Of a DNA stretch of 64,000 nucleotides, positions 17,969-27,720 are shown in pieces. The stretch is from IMG/VR virus record IMGVR_UViG_3300007511_001983, positions 1 to 64,000 of that record; one strand, 5' to 3'. The notes beneath the pieces are model-generated. The model made no database searches and was not told where the DNA came from. It worked only from the letters and a program-made list of their open reading frames with translations. Numbering within the stretch: the stretch's first letter is position 1; each line of letters starts with the position of its first letter. Position numbers and translations under genes: made by a program. This DNA comes from an uncultured virus (IMG/VR IMGVR_UViG_3300007511_001983). Taxonomy: Duplodnaviria > Heunggongvirae > Uroviricota > Caudoviricetes.

Positions 17969-18811
17969 GTGAAAATCCAAGAGACTCTTGCCTACGAAGA
18001 TGTTCTACTCGTCCCCCAATACTCAGACATTAAATCCCGATCAGAATGTGACACATCAGTCACTCTCGGCTCCGGAGTCAATCTCAAGCTACCCATTATT
18101 GCATCATGCATGGACACGGTGACTGAAGCTGAGATGGCTGCAGCAATCGGTCTTATGGGTGGCCTCGGCGTCATCCACCGGTATAATTCGCCAGAGGAAC
18201 AAGCACAGCAAGTAATAAAAGCAATACAATTATCAGAGCATGAGGCACCTATTGCCGCAGCGATTGGAGTAACAGATGACTATTTTCACCGAGCAGACCT
18301 TCTTGTTAATGCTGGAGCCTCTGCTCTTTGCATTGATGTGGCACATGGTCACCACATTCTCGTAAAAGAGGTGCTAGAGGAGCTTCGTGCTACTCTGGGT
18401 GAGGATTTTTGCTTGATTGCAGGTAATGTTGCCACCCTCGAGGGAATTAACGACCTCGCTGATTGGGGGGCTAACGCAGTACGCTGCAACATCGGCGGAG
18501 GCTGCTTTGTTCCGGGTACAAAAGTTCGAACTGAAAACGGTTTAAAGAATATTGAAAATGTTAAAGTCGGTGATAGAGTCTATACACATACAGGAAATCT
18601 AAAGCCAGTTATTGATACATTAGCTTTTGATAGAAGTGAAGCAATAACTGTGATTAACGATATTGAATGTACATCAAATCATGAATTTTATGTCGTAAAC
18701 AGAGAAGATGTCGAACTTATCAATGAAAACAATATTCACGAGTATGCAAAGTGGATCGCAGCATATGATCTAGACGAACAGCAACATCTTTTAATAAAAA
18801 CATTGGAATAG
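17969..18811 (+). CDS. guaB: IMP dehydrogenase/GMP reductase N-half (no CBS) ending in split-intein IntN
   Basis: YEDVLLVP, SCMDTVT, GLGVIHR, DVAHGH, AGNV, NIGGG|CFVPGT. Confidence 0.9.
   Translation: MKIQETLAYEDVLLVPQYSDIKSRSECDTSVTLGSGVNLKLPIIASCMDTVTEAEMAAAIGLMGGLGVIHRYNSPEEQAQQVIKAIQLSEHEAPIAAAIGVTDDYFHRADLLVNAGASALCIDVAHGHHILVKEVLEELRATLGEDFCLIAGNVATLEGINDLADWGANAVRCNIGGGCFVPGTKVRTENGLKNIENVKVGDRVYTHTGNLKPVIDTLAFDRSEAITVINDIECTSNHEFYVVNREDVELINENNIHEYAKWIAAYDLDEQQHLLIKTLE
18503..18808 (+). other. Split intein N-fragment (102 aa), IMPDH-1-like
   Basis: CFVPGT...CTSNHEFYV; closely resembles the IMPDH-1 IntN as recalled. Confidence 0.9.
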
Positions 18812-18861
18812 GATCAAAATGTATCTACTTGTATATTTATATACATAGGGAGCCATATTCA

Positions 18862-19872
18862 ATGTGTAGTAAAGAAAAATATTGTAGAGAGTGCGGAGAA
18901 TCAATATCGAGCAAAAAAACATTTTGCGATTCGATTTGCTATGAGAAAAATAGAAAAGTTGATGATATAAAAAAGTGCAATTATTGCAAAGAAGACTTTG
19001 CTTGCCAGGGTTCTAGTCGGCTATACTGCTCTAAAGAATGCAGAACTAAAGGGACGAGAGTTAAAAATGGATATAAGAAAAAGCTCTGTCAAGAATGCAA
19101 AGAAGAAATATTGGGCCGCGGCACCAAATACTGTTCAAACAAATGCAAAGGGCTAGCAAAGGCTGGCAAGAATAACTCATTTTATGGCAAGAAGCACTCT
19201 AAAGAAACCAGGGAGAAGATAAGAAATGCTCTATCAGGAAAGCTATCCGGAGACAAAAATCCATTTTACGGCAAAATACACTCGGATGCTACAAAACAGA
19301 AGATAATTGATGGAAACAAAAAATTTAGAGAAGAAAATAAAGTCTTAGTTCTTGAAAGAACACTGCGACGTCTAGGTTTGACTGAAAGCAAGCTGGAGGG
19401 CCTGTGGCACACGTATTCGACCACACTCGAGTTTAACCAGAGTGATCTTAAAAGACTCGCGGGCAACATAGACATAAGATCGATTAAAAAATATTTGTTC
19501 TTTTTTAATATAGTTGATGAAGATGAATTTGAAAAAACTGTGCATAAGAAAAAGATGGGTCGAGCCGGATCTTCCCCTGAGCGACGATTATATGAAATGT
19601 TATGTGCTAAGTTTGGCAGGAGAAACATAAGTAGGCAATTTAAGATAGAGAGAAAGTTTTATGATTTTATAGTTTTTGGAAAATATTTGATAGAATATGA
19701 TGGTTATTACTGGCATAATAATTCAAAATCAAGAGACGATATTAAGGATGACATTGCAAAAAGAAGTGGATATCCTTTGTATCGAGTAAAAGAGCCAAAA
19801 AATAGAAGCGTTGATTTTATTGATGAAATAGAAAAAATTGAAGGGTTTATAAATGAAGTTCGAATTAGTTGA
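18862..19872 (+). mobile_element. Free-standing Vsr-like homing endonuclease with Cys-rich zinc repeats and NUMOD3 motifs
   Basis: CxxC/YCS repeats; FYGKKHSKETREKI; SSPE...YDF...IEYDGYYWH. Confidence 0.8.
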
Positions 19873-20464
19873 GTTTAAGAAGAGAATGAAGCACTATGAG
19901 GGAAAAGTTCATGACTTAACAGTTGAGGATGATCACTCGTATAATGTTGACGGCATTGTAGTGCACAATTCAATCTGCTCAACTCGCATCCAGACCGGCC
20001 ATGGCGTCCCAGGCCTGCAAACAATCTTTGACTGCTATCATACAGATCGAAACGTAGCAATCATTGCCGATGGCGGCATTAAAAACTCCGGAGATATCGT
20101 AAAAGCTATTGCTGCAGGCGCTGACGCTGTAATGCTAGGTTCACTTCTCGCAGGGACCGACGAAGCTCCCGGAGATATTGTCTACGTCGACGGCGAGAAG
20201 AGAAAGACGTATAGGGGTATGGCCAGCCCCGAAGCACAGTTCAATTGGCGAGGAAGAGCAAGTAGTCTTGAGGGGATTTCAACCACAGTGGCACATAAAG
20301 GCTCAGTGAGGGACATAGTTAGTAACCTAACACAAGGTTTGCGGAGTGGAATGTCATATTCAGGTGCTCGAACAATTACAGAGCTGCAACGACGTTCACA
20401 GTTTATCCGACAAACATCATCGGGAGCAAACGAAAGTGGAACACATATTCTCAATAATCACTAG
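19853..20464 (+). CDS. guaB: IMP dehydrogenase/GMP reductase C-half starting with split-intein IntC (39 aa, 19853-19969)
   Basis: [50 protein letters not shown]. Confidence 0.92.
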   Translation: MKFELVEFKKRMKHYEGKVHDLTVEDDHSYNVDGIVVHNSICSTRIQTGHGVPGLQTIFDCYHTDRNVAIIADGGIKNSGDIVKAIAAGADAVMLGSLLAGTDEAPGDIVYVDGEKRKTYRGMASPEAQFNWRGRASSLEGISTTVAHKGSVRDIVSNLTQGLRSGMSYSGARTITELQRRSQFIRQTSSGANESGTHILNNH

Positions 20465-21167
20465 CTTTCTAGAGGTCATCGCACAAACGCTGGTCCCAAG
20501 GAAAGAAGCAGTCAAACTTAAGATAAAGAGCCTAGATAGTGTTGTAGAACCTGTCAAGGAGATTGAAGTGAAAAAGAAAGAACACAGGCAGCGATATCTG
20601 TGGATCCTGGATAACGGTCACGGCCACACAACGCCCGGAAAGCGCTCGCCCAAAATGAACGACGACCGCCAACTATTTGAATATGCATTTAACCGAGATG
20701 TTGTAAGAAGAATTACAGCACAGCTGGATTCACATGGTGTCGCATATTTCAACTTAGTAAAGTCGGACGATGATATGTCATTGCCTATGCGTGTTGCTGC
20801 ATCAACTGCAGCTGATGACCTAGGGCTTGCAAAACTATACATCTCAGTGCATGCAAACGCAGCAAGTGACAATTGGTCATCAGCATCCGGGGTTGAAACT
20901 TATTGCTGTCCCGGATCACCAACCGGTCATTCTTTGGCCGTGATATTCCAAAAACACATTGTTGAGCAAACTGGGTGGAAAGATCGAGGAGTCAAGAAAG
21001 CCAAGTTCTTTGTATTGAAAAAGACAACCATGCCCGCAATCTTAACTGAGAACGGATTCTTCACCAATCGAATCCAATGTGAACAAATGATGACAAATGA
21101 GTATAAAGATAAAGTGGCATATGCACACGTCAAAGCAATACTAGAAATAGAAGAAAAGGGAATCTAA
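20436..21167 (+). CDS. N-acetylmuramoyl-L-alanine amidase (Amidase_3), probable endolysin
   Basis: ILDNGHG, E, SVHANA, PAILTENGF; start placed at GTG 20436 with SD GGGAG. Confidence 0.85.
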   Translation: MEHIFSIITSFLEVIAQTLVPRKEAVKLKIKSLDSVVEPVKEIEVKKKEHRQRYLWILDNGHGHTTPGKRSPKMNDDRQLFEYAFNRDVVRRITAQLDSHGVAYFNLVKSDDDMSLPMRVAASTAADDLGLAKLYISVHANAASDNWSSASGVETYCCPGSPTGHSLAVIFQKHIVEQTGWKDRGVKKAKFFVLKKTTMPAILTENGFFTNRIQCEQMMTNEYKDKVAYAHVKAILEIEEKGI

Positions 21168-21355
21168 TGATTGAAATTGCGAATGAGAAAATCCTCAAGC
21201 TAGAGATCGCCAAGTTTTTGTGCGAGTTTCCAGAAAAGACTGTCAATCTAGACAGCGATGCTGCTGTAAGAATTATGTCATTTGAGCTCGCAAACTATCT
21301 CGTCAAGTCATTCACACCCTCAGAAGAGGCAACACAGCTGCGGTTTGACTTTTAG
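21167..21355 (+). CDS. Hypothetical protein
   Basis: Overlapping operon ORF. Confidence 0.5.
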   Translation: MIEIANEKILKLEIAKFLCEFPEKTVNLDSDAAVRIMSFELANYLVKSFTPSEEATQLRFDF

Positions 21356-21364
21356 GATCATCAT

Positions 21365-21937
21365 TTGAAATCACCGGAATTCAAGATATTTGTTGGCCCA
21401 ATGTTTGGATCAAAGACAACCCGTCTAATGGGTGCTGTTGATCGATACAAGTATCAAAATAGAAATGTCATTGCATTTAAACCGAGAATCGACAACAGGT
21501 ATAACGATTCTGAGATCACGACCCATAATGGCGGCAAGATCGATGCAGTAATTGTTGACAATGCTGAGTGTATCTATCAATATCTCGCTGAGTCAGATGA
21601 GATGTATGATGTCGTTGCTGTAGACGAAGCATTTATGATCGAAGGGATATCAGATGTTTTGCTCTGGTTGTTCAGCAAGGGAGTAACGGTTATTGTGTCT
21701 TCCCTTGATCTTGCAGCATCATGCAAACCGTTTGATGAGATTCAAGAGATGCTACCATGGGCCACACATATCGAAAAGTGCCCCGCTGTATGTCCAGTCA
21801 AAGATTGCGGCCAGGATGCTTATTATACCTATAAGAAAACGCAAGGTGGACCCGAGTTAGAAGTTGGTGGCGCAGAAATGTATGAACCGAGATGCTACTC
21901 ACACTACCCACAAATCAACAAGAGGGATTTTGAATGA
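21365..21937 (+). CDS. tdk: Thymidine kinase
   Basis: GPMFGSKTT, VDEAF, AVCPVKDC, VGGAEMYEPRC. Confidence 0.9.
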   Translation: MKSPEFKIFVGPMFGSKTTRLMGAVDRYKYQNRNVIAFKPRIDNRYNDSEITTHNGGKIDAVIVDNAECIYQYLAESDEMYDVVAVDEAFMIEGISDVLLWLFSKGVTVIVSSLDLAASCKPFDEIQEMLPWATHIEKCPAVCPVKDCGQDAYYTYKKTQGGPELEVGGAEMYEPRCYSHYPQINKRDFE

Positions 21938-22818
21938 TACCCAACCCTAGAGATGTTGACCTTGTCATCTATCATGCAAATTGCACTGACGGAATGGCAA
22001 GCGCATATTCAGCATGGAAACTGCTTGGCAATCGAGCTGAATATCTTCCATGCGCCCACGGCGGAACTATCCCAGAGGTCAAAGGAAAGAACGTAGCAAT
22101 ATGTGACTTTTCGTTTAAAAACGCTACAACAAAGAAGATGATCGAAGATGCCGAGTCGCTAGTAATACTCGATCACCACAAGTCAGCGATGGTTGAGCTG
22201 CATGATATCCCGGACGCAATCTTCAATATGGAGAAGTCAGGCGCAGTCATCACATGGGAATTCTTTCACCCTGGAAAAGAACCCCCAAAGTTTATAAAAT
22301 ATGTTCAAGACAGAGATCTTTGGACTTGGGCATTGCCACACTCGAGAGAGTTCTCAGCTGCTTTTGATATGATCCCGTTTGAGTTTGAGGCATTTGACAA
22401 CTTTCTCGATGATTCGGTATTTGATGATGCAGTTCGCCGAGGATCATATATTCTTGCATATTCAAAGACAGTGATCAAGAAGGTTGCATCAAAGGCTCTA
22501 CCAAGAAAGCTATCCGGAAACGACGCACTGGTTGTAAACGCATCTCATTGGATGTCAGAAGTAGGATCAGCACTGTCGCCCCATTGTGATCTTGCTGTCA
22601 TTTGGTATCACGACCACGAAGACAAGAAGATCAAGGTAAGCCTCAGGGCATTCCACGATAATATCGATGCATCAGAAATTGCCAAACAGTTCGGCGGCGG
22701 CGGCCACAAAGCCGCGGCAGGATTTACATACGAAGGCAACATCGAAGACCTGTTTGATAAGCCAAAACGGAAAGCAAAGAAGAAAAGTGAATCAGAAAAA
22801 TCAAAAGACAATTCGTGA
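21934..22818 (+). CDS. DHH/DHHA1 phosphoesterase
   Basis: YHANCTDG, DF, LDHH, SLR, GGGGHKAAAGF. Confidence 0.88.
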   Translation: MIPNPRDVDLVIYHANCTDGMASAYSAWKLLGNRAEYLPCAHGGTIPEVKGKNVAICDFSFKNATTKKMIEDAESLVILDHHKSAMVELHDIPDAIFNMEKSGAVITWEFFHPGKEPPKFIKYVQDRDLWTWALPHSREFSAAFDMIPFEFEAFDNFLDDSVFDDAVRRGSYILAYSKTVIKKVASKALPRKLSGNDALVVNASHWMSEVGSALSPHCDLAVIWYHDHEDKKIKVSLRAFHDNIDASEIAKQFGGGGHKAAAGFTYEGNIEDLFDKPKRKAKKKSESEKSKDNS

Positions 22819-23014
22819 ATCAATTCTCGTAGCTGCTGAGAATCTTAAGGGAAAGCTGCCACCCCATCCAAAGCATCCAACTGGAAGAAACGAATATGCG
22901 CACATCCCCAAAGTTATCAAAGATATAACTGGTCATTCATATAAAGATCTGCCTGATGAGTATTTCAATATTGTAATGGAAATCATAGACAAATGCGAAA
23001 GGAATCCGTTTTGA
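22787..23014 (+). CDS. Hypothetical protein
   Basis: LPPHPKHPTGRNEYAHI; probable GTG start within the 22667 ORF. Confidence 0.5.
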   Translation: MNQKNQKTIRESILVAAENLKGKLPPHPKHPTGRNEYAHIPKVIKDITGHSYKDLPDEYFNIVMEIIDKCERNPF

Positions 23015-23427
23015 CAAAAGGAGATAGGCCTTCATGGGACGATGTATGGATGAGAGTGGCCCGAACAATCTCGGAAAGATCAGTCGATAAAAAGCATCAA
23101 GTGGGGGCAGTGGTTGTAACAGAAGATAACACCCAGCTGCTTTCCCTGGGTTACAACGGTAACTACAAAGGGGGTCCAAATAGAACGGAATCTGATCAAC
23201 CTGGTGAATCTGGGCTTATACATGCAGAGGTCAATGCACTAATCAAGCTTGACTACAATAATCCGAAGGTCAAAAAGATGTATATATCCTTGTCGCCATG
23301 CAGAGCCTGTGCAAAGCTTATAGTAAACGCCGGAATATCAGAAGTTATATATGGAATTTTGTATAGGGACGCCACAGGGCTTGATATTCTCAGAGAAGCA
23401 GGAATTAAAATAAGATATTATGGTTAG
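22993..23427 (+). CDS. dCMP deaminase
   Basis: RPSWD, VGAV, GYNG, HAEVNA, SPCRAC; true start may be TTG 23011. Confidence 0.88.
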   Translation: MRKESVLTKGDRPSWDDVWMRVARTISERSVDKKHQVGAVVVTEDNTQLLSLGYNGNYKGGPNRTESDQPGESGLIHAEVNALIKLDYNNPKVKKMYISLSPCRACAKLIVNAGISEVIYGILYRDATGLDILREAGIKIRYYG

Positions 23428-23478
23428 TGATGCATTAAGCTGGAAAGCATCATATTTATAATCACGCAGGAGAGTAAT

Positions 23479-23745
23479 ATGTCGATTATGCTTACAAGAG
23501 AAAGAATTCTTAAGATTATTGAAGAAGAAAAGCAAAAATTAAAAGATGATAAATGTGATAGTAATAAGCATAATCTCGGAAAATCTCCCGATTTAATAGA
23601 TAGAGGCCTAAGAGTTTGTTGTAAAAAAAGTAGCAAAGAATATCATGTTACTAAAAAAACAGATGATGGCTTCGTCCTCTCAGGACCTGAGGGTCGAAAA
23701 AAAGTCACAACAAAAGAATTAATGAATAGCTATAAGTTAGGTTAA
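23479..23745 (+). CDS. Hypothetical protein with leader-like N-terminus
   Basis: RILKIIEEE; ATATTTAT and SD upstream. Confidence 0.55.
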   Translation: MSIMLTRERILKIIEEEKQKLKDDKCDSNKHNLGKSPDLIDRGLRVCCKKSSKEYHVTKKTDDGFVLSGPEGRKKVTTKELMNSYKLG

Positions 23746-23751
23746 AACTAT

Positions 23752-24438
23752 ATGAAAAAATCAGATGTAGCAAAAAATATACGCGAATCTTTAGGGATTA
23801 ATAATGACAAAATGCTAGAAGAGTCTTTGGTTGTTCAACCCAAACCTTTTTCCATCCCCACTGAGTCACTATCAGGAAAAAATATACGAAATCATTATAG
23901 TCTGTATGAGCAATATACAAAAGACTTTAATCAAATAAGCGCTGAGCTTGATGCAGCAGATAGAAATACTGCTTCATCTAACACATCTAAGTTTCGAAGT
24001 TTAAAAATTGATGAAACTTATAATCTAAACGCTACATATTTGCATGAACTTTATTTTGCTAATATTGGCGATCTTCAAAGTGAAATTACAATGGATACGC
24101 TTTCATTTATGCGCCTTGAAAGAGACTTTGGAAGTTTCGATGATTGGCAAAGAGACTTTGTAGCATGTGCAAAAGCTTCTCGATGCGGCTGGGTTATAAC
24201 CGGATTTAATGTCTATACACATACATACATGAACTATGTGATTGACTTACATTCTGTCAATGTTCCTGTGGGCGTAATCCCAGTCATAGCAATGGATGTA
24301 TGGCAGCACGCATACTATAGTGATTATTTAAAAGACGTGGCAAGCTATACAGTCAATATGATGAAAGAACTAAACTGGAACGTAATTGAGCAAAGATTTA
24401 AAAGAGCAGATGAAATAGCTCAGATCATGAGAGGCTAA
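23752..24438 (+). CDS. Fe/Mn superoxide dismutase-family protein
   Basis: NHYSLY, LHELYF, FGSFDDW, GW, MDVWQHAYY. Confidence 0.85.
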   Translation: MKKSDVAKNIRESLGINNDKMLEESLVVQPKPFSIPTESLSGKNIRNHYSLYEQYTKDFNQISAELDAADRNTASSNTSKFRSLKIDETYNLNATYLHELYFANIGDLQSEITMDTLSFMRLERDFGSFDDWQRDFVACAKASRCGWVITGFNVYTHTYMNYVIDLHSVNVPVGVIPVIAMDVWQHAYYSDYLKDVASYTVNMMKELNWNVIEQRFKRADEIAQIMRG

Positions 24439-24441
24439 AAA

Positions 24442-25098
24442 ATGAATGAAAAAGAATTGCGAAAATTAATATCAGAACAATTTTCAGGAATGATTTTAGA
24501 ACAAGCTGAAGAAGAGACACCAGAAGAATCTGAGGAGTCAGATAAAGATTCAGCTTTAGATTCTATAGATGATCAAATTGATGAACTTTTTTTACAGTAT
24601 GAAAAGCTCTCTCTTCCTAACGAAGAAGAGGCAATTCAAGAAATAGTTCAAAAATGCTCTCTTAGATTTATTCTAGAACAATCAGATGAAGATAAAACTG
24701 AAGAAGACAATGTTGAAGAGGAAGAATCTGAAGAAGATATAAAGGCAGATACTGAAGAAGCAGCTGAAGAAGCTGACGAGGTAGAAGAAGATGAAATTTC
24801 TGATGAAAACGAAGAAGAGATTCCGGAAATTGATATTACTACTTTTGCACTTAAGGTTGCACGCTTAGCTGAGTTACCTGAAAAAGTTTTGGACTTAAAG
24901 GCAGCTATTATCAATAGAGCTGTACAATATCTTGAAACAAACTATAATAAAAATGTTGCTGAAGATTTTGAAAGTGCGCTCATGGATAAGTTCCAACTCT
25001 CAGTCCCAGAAGCAGAAATTGAAAAAGTTATTGATGCTGATCTTCCTGCGCCTCCTGCAGTTGGTGCAGGATCCGGCGGAGGTGGCGCAGGAGGTTGA
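24442..25098 (+). CDS. Acidic hypothetical protein with leader
   Basis: ELRKLISEQ...ILEQ; Glu-rich. Confidence 0.6.
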   Translation: MNEKELRKLISEQFSGMILEQAEEETPEESEESDKDSALDSIDDQIDELFLQYEKLSLPNEEEAIQEIVQKCSLRFILEQSDEDKTEEDNVEEEESEEDIKADTEEAAEEADEVEEDEISDENEEEIPEIDITTFALKVARLAELPEKVLDLKAAIINRAVQYLETNYNKNVAEDFESALMDKFQLSVPEAEIEKVIDADLPAPPAVGAGSGGGGAGG

Positions 25099-25380
25099 GT
25101 GAGCAAATATCAAGATTTTGATCGTCGAAAATCTATTCACATAAAACTCTTTGCAGATACACATGCAAAGTTTAGGATAGAGCTGATGAAAAAAAAGCTG
25201 AGTATGCAAGAAGTAATCGAAGCTTTTGCGCAAAGAGTTGTTGCTGAAGATGGATTTGCATTACGAATGCTAGATACGATTGCAAGAAAGAAAAGAGACA
25301 AAGAAATAGAAAGATTATCATCAACAGATGTTGAGTCTCTTTTTGATGTAATTGAAGATAATCAAAGAATTGATGACTAG
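25099..25380 (+). CDS. Possible ribbon-helix-helix DNA-binding protein
   Basis: KSIHIKL...HAKFRI...LSMQEVIEAF. Confidence 0.4.
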   Translation: MSKYQDFDRRKSIHIKLFADTHAKFRIELMKKKLSMQEVIEAFAQRVVAEDGFALRMLDTIARKKRDKEIERLSSTDVESLFDVIEDNQRIDD

Positions 25381-25600
25381 AATGTTTAGAAAAACAAAAA
25401 AAATTAAAGAGCTTGAAAAAAGAATAAATGAATTAGAAAATCTTTGCATGCAACTTTCTACCAATTCATTAATGCTTACTAAGGAATTTGGACTTATGGC
25501 AGAAGCAATTAAAATCTTGCTAGAAAAACAGCAACTAATAGATGCGATAATAGATTCTAGATACAATGTTGTTAGAATTGATGATGATACTATCAATTAG
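25352..25600 (+). CDS. Coiled-coil hypothetical protein
   Basis: KELEKRINELE. Confidence 0.45.
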   Translation: MKIIKELMTRMFRKTKKIKELEKRINELENLCMQLSTNSLMLTKEFGLMAEAIKILLEKQQLIDAIIDSRYNVVRIDDDTIN

Positions 25601-25612
25601 CGGAGAAACAAA

Positions 25613-25804
25613 ATGGCAAAAGCATTCATAGATAAATATCTCAATAAGTTTGTATCACGTAAGTTCACTGTATGGTTGACAGCAACAGGACTTCTAGCTT
25701 TTGACAAAGTAGACGGGGATCATTGGGTATATGTTTCAATGATTTACATCGGCACCCAAGCAGTGATAGATGCATTCATTAGATGGAAGGGTAGTAACCA
25801 GTGA
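25613..25804 (+). CDS. Holin-like small membrane protein
   Basis: 63 aa; SRKF followed by two hydrophobic segments. Confidence 0.5.
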   Translation: MAKAFIDKYLNKFVSRKFTVWLTATGLLAFDKVDGDHWVYVSMIYIGTQAVIDAFIRWKGSNQ

Positions 25805-26205
25805 TATTATTCTTTAAAAAACTCTGGGAGCTAATTAAGAGATCCTGGCAGTTCATTGTAGGCTTTCTAATAGCAGTCATTGCAATTATCATAACTGCCG
25901 GCAAAAAAGACGAAGGATTTAAGGTTCTTAAGCGACTTCGGAAAGATGAAAAGACTCTCGATGAAAAGGTCAACGATATCCTCGAAGGAGTCGATGAAAG
26001 AAATAAGAGAATCGATGCTGAGACAAAAAAGAGGGTAGCTGAGATTGAAGACAAGCTAAAAGAAAAGAACGAAGAGCTTGAACAATCTAAGCGAGATGAG
26101 ATAGAAAAGATAGTACGTGAGACAGACGGTAATCCATCTGAGCTAGCAAAAAGATTGAGTGAGCTCACAGGTTTATCAGTTTCATCTAATAACGTAGAAT
26201 TATAA
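25801..26205 (+). CDS. N-terminally anchored coiled-coil protein (i-spanin-like)
   Basis: Single N-terminal TM, charged coiled coil. Confidence 0.45.
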   Translation: MILFFKKLWELIKRSWQFIVGFLIAVIAIIITAGKKDEGFKVLKRLRKDEKTLDEKVNDILEGVDERNKRIDAETKKRVAEIEDKLKEKNEELEQSKRDEIEKIVRETDGNPSELAKRLSELTGLSVSSNNVEL

Positions 26206-26221
26206 ATACGGAGATTACATT

Positions 26222-27244
26222 ATGAGTGAGTTTGATTTTATTGATGCATATGAAGAGCCGCAAGCAAACCTTGAGACACTTGCAGCAAATGTTGCAGAGT
26301 CAGCTATTAACTGTGCGTTCGTCGGCGTAGGCGGCGGAGGATGCAAGATTGCAAAGTCATTCTTAGATCTTGGCTTCACAAAGACAGTTCTTCTCAATAC
26401 GACGACTAAAGACTTCCAGACGGGCGTTGATCCAGATCACATGGTCGTTCTTCCTGGGTCTGATGGGCTAGCAAAGAATATTGAGCTTGGACGAAAGGTT
26501 CTGTCAGAGAACAGTGCATTTGTTGAGGATGCATTAAGGACTAAACTAGGCAAGGTTGACTGGTTGTTTGTTTGCGCCGGCGCCGGCGGAGGAACAGGAT
26601 CATCTGCATACACACTTGATCCGGTATTCAAGAGATTCCTTGAGACAGGAGAGGCGACAGGCAAGGTAGTCTATATCGTATCACAGCCATCAGCGCAAGA
26701 GAAACTGAATGCAACAATTAAGGCAAATGCAAAATCATTACATGCTGATGTAAAGAATGACCCACATATAATCATTGATAATGAGAAGCAATTAAATGCA
26801 TTTAGAGGAAAGGTCGGAGTATTGGGCTTATATCCTGCTGCTAACAAAGCATTTTCAAAGATGTTTTGGCAGCTGCTCAAGCTAGCTAGTGAACCATCAC
26901 CCGTCCAAGTATTTGATGGCAAGGATCTAGAGCGATTCCTCGCAGCCCCTGGTCGAATGATTGTAGGTTCTGCAATTTGTGCGCCCGGCCCAAACCTAGG
27001 TGTGCAACTCTATCAGTCATGTATTAATAACTCTCCTTGCCCTACTCCTTCTGGGCATGCTGAGACAGGTGTTCTTCTCCAGGTAATTACTGAGGATCAT
27101 GCAAACGATGCAAGCATAAGCGGCCACCTAGAGGCATCAGCTGCATATGTTGGCGGAAGAACTAACACACTATTTACTGGGATTTATGTTCGAGATGCTC
27201 TCCCAGGTTTGGTGACAGTCTTGGCTTTGGGTGGTCTTAAGTGA
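26222..27244 (+). CDS. Tubulin/FtsZ-family GTPase (PhuZ/TubZ-like)
   Basis: GVGGGGCKI, GAGGGTGS signature, IIDNE, FDGKD. Confidence 0.85.
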   Translation: MSEFDFIDAYEEPQANLETLAANVAESAINCAFVGVGGGGCKIAKSFLDLGFTKTVLLNTTTKDFQTGVDPDHMVVLPGSDGLAKNIELGRKVLSENSAFVEDALRTKLGKVDWLFVCAGAGGGTGSSAYTLDPVFKRFLETGEATGKVVYIVSQPSAQEKLNATIKANAKSLHADVKNDPHIIIDNEKQLNAFRGKVGVLGLYPAANKAFSKMFWQLLKLASEPSPVQVFDGKDLERFLAAPGRMIVGSAICAPGPNLGVQLYQSCINNSPCPTPSGHAETGVLLQVITEDHANDASISGHLEASAAYVGGRTNTLFTGIYVRDALPGLVTVLALGGLK

Positions 27245-27672
27245 GACTACTTTTAGTCGCCATTCTTTTAGTGGCACCCCATGCATCATATGCAGATTGT
27301 GCTGACCTGACGCCAAGAACACAAGGTCAACCTGCACCGTGTGATGGTGTGCACGTAAAGTCGTCAGCAGTTGCAAAGCTTATAGTAGACAAAGAAGTTG
27401 CTGCGCAGCAATGCCAAAACAGGGTAGATGCGCAAAAACAAACTAGCGAAACTATATGTGCGAGCAATCTTACAAAAAAAGACAATGAAATAACAGACCT
27501 CAAAGATATCCACAAGATAAAAGTAGATATCAAAGATTCACAAATCGATTTTTTGGTCGAAAGACTAGACAAGACCAATAACCCAAAATCAAGCTGGTGG
27601 TTCTCAGGAGGTGTATTGTCAGGAATTGCTTTGACAATGGCATCTGCATGGGCATTAAATCAGATAAAATAG
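27241..27672 (+). CDS. Exported coiled-coil protein with C-terminal TM (possible spanin component)
   Basis: Signal peptide; QGQPAPCDG; C-terminal WWFSGGVLSGIALT. Confidence 0.45.
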   Translation: MRLLLVAILLVAPHASYADCADLTPRTQGQPAPCDGVHVKSSAVAKLIVDKEVAAQQCQNRVDAQKQTSETICASNLTKKDNEITDLKDIHKIKVDIKDSQIDFLVERLDKTNNPKSSWWFSGGVLSGIALTMASAWALNQIK

Positions 27673-27720
27673 CAATGCTAGTCCATATTTATTTTGACTT
27701 ATCGTCCTTGGAGTAAATTA

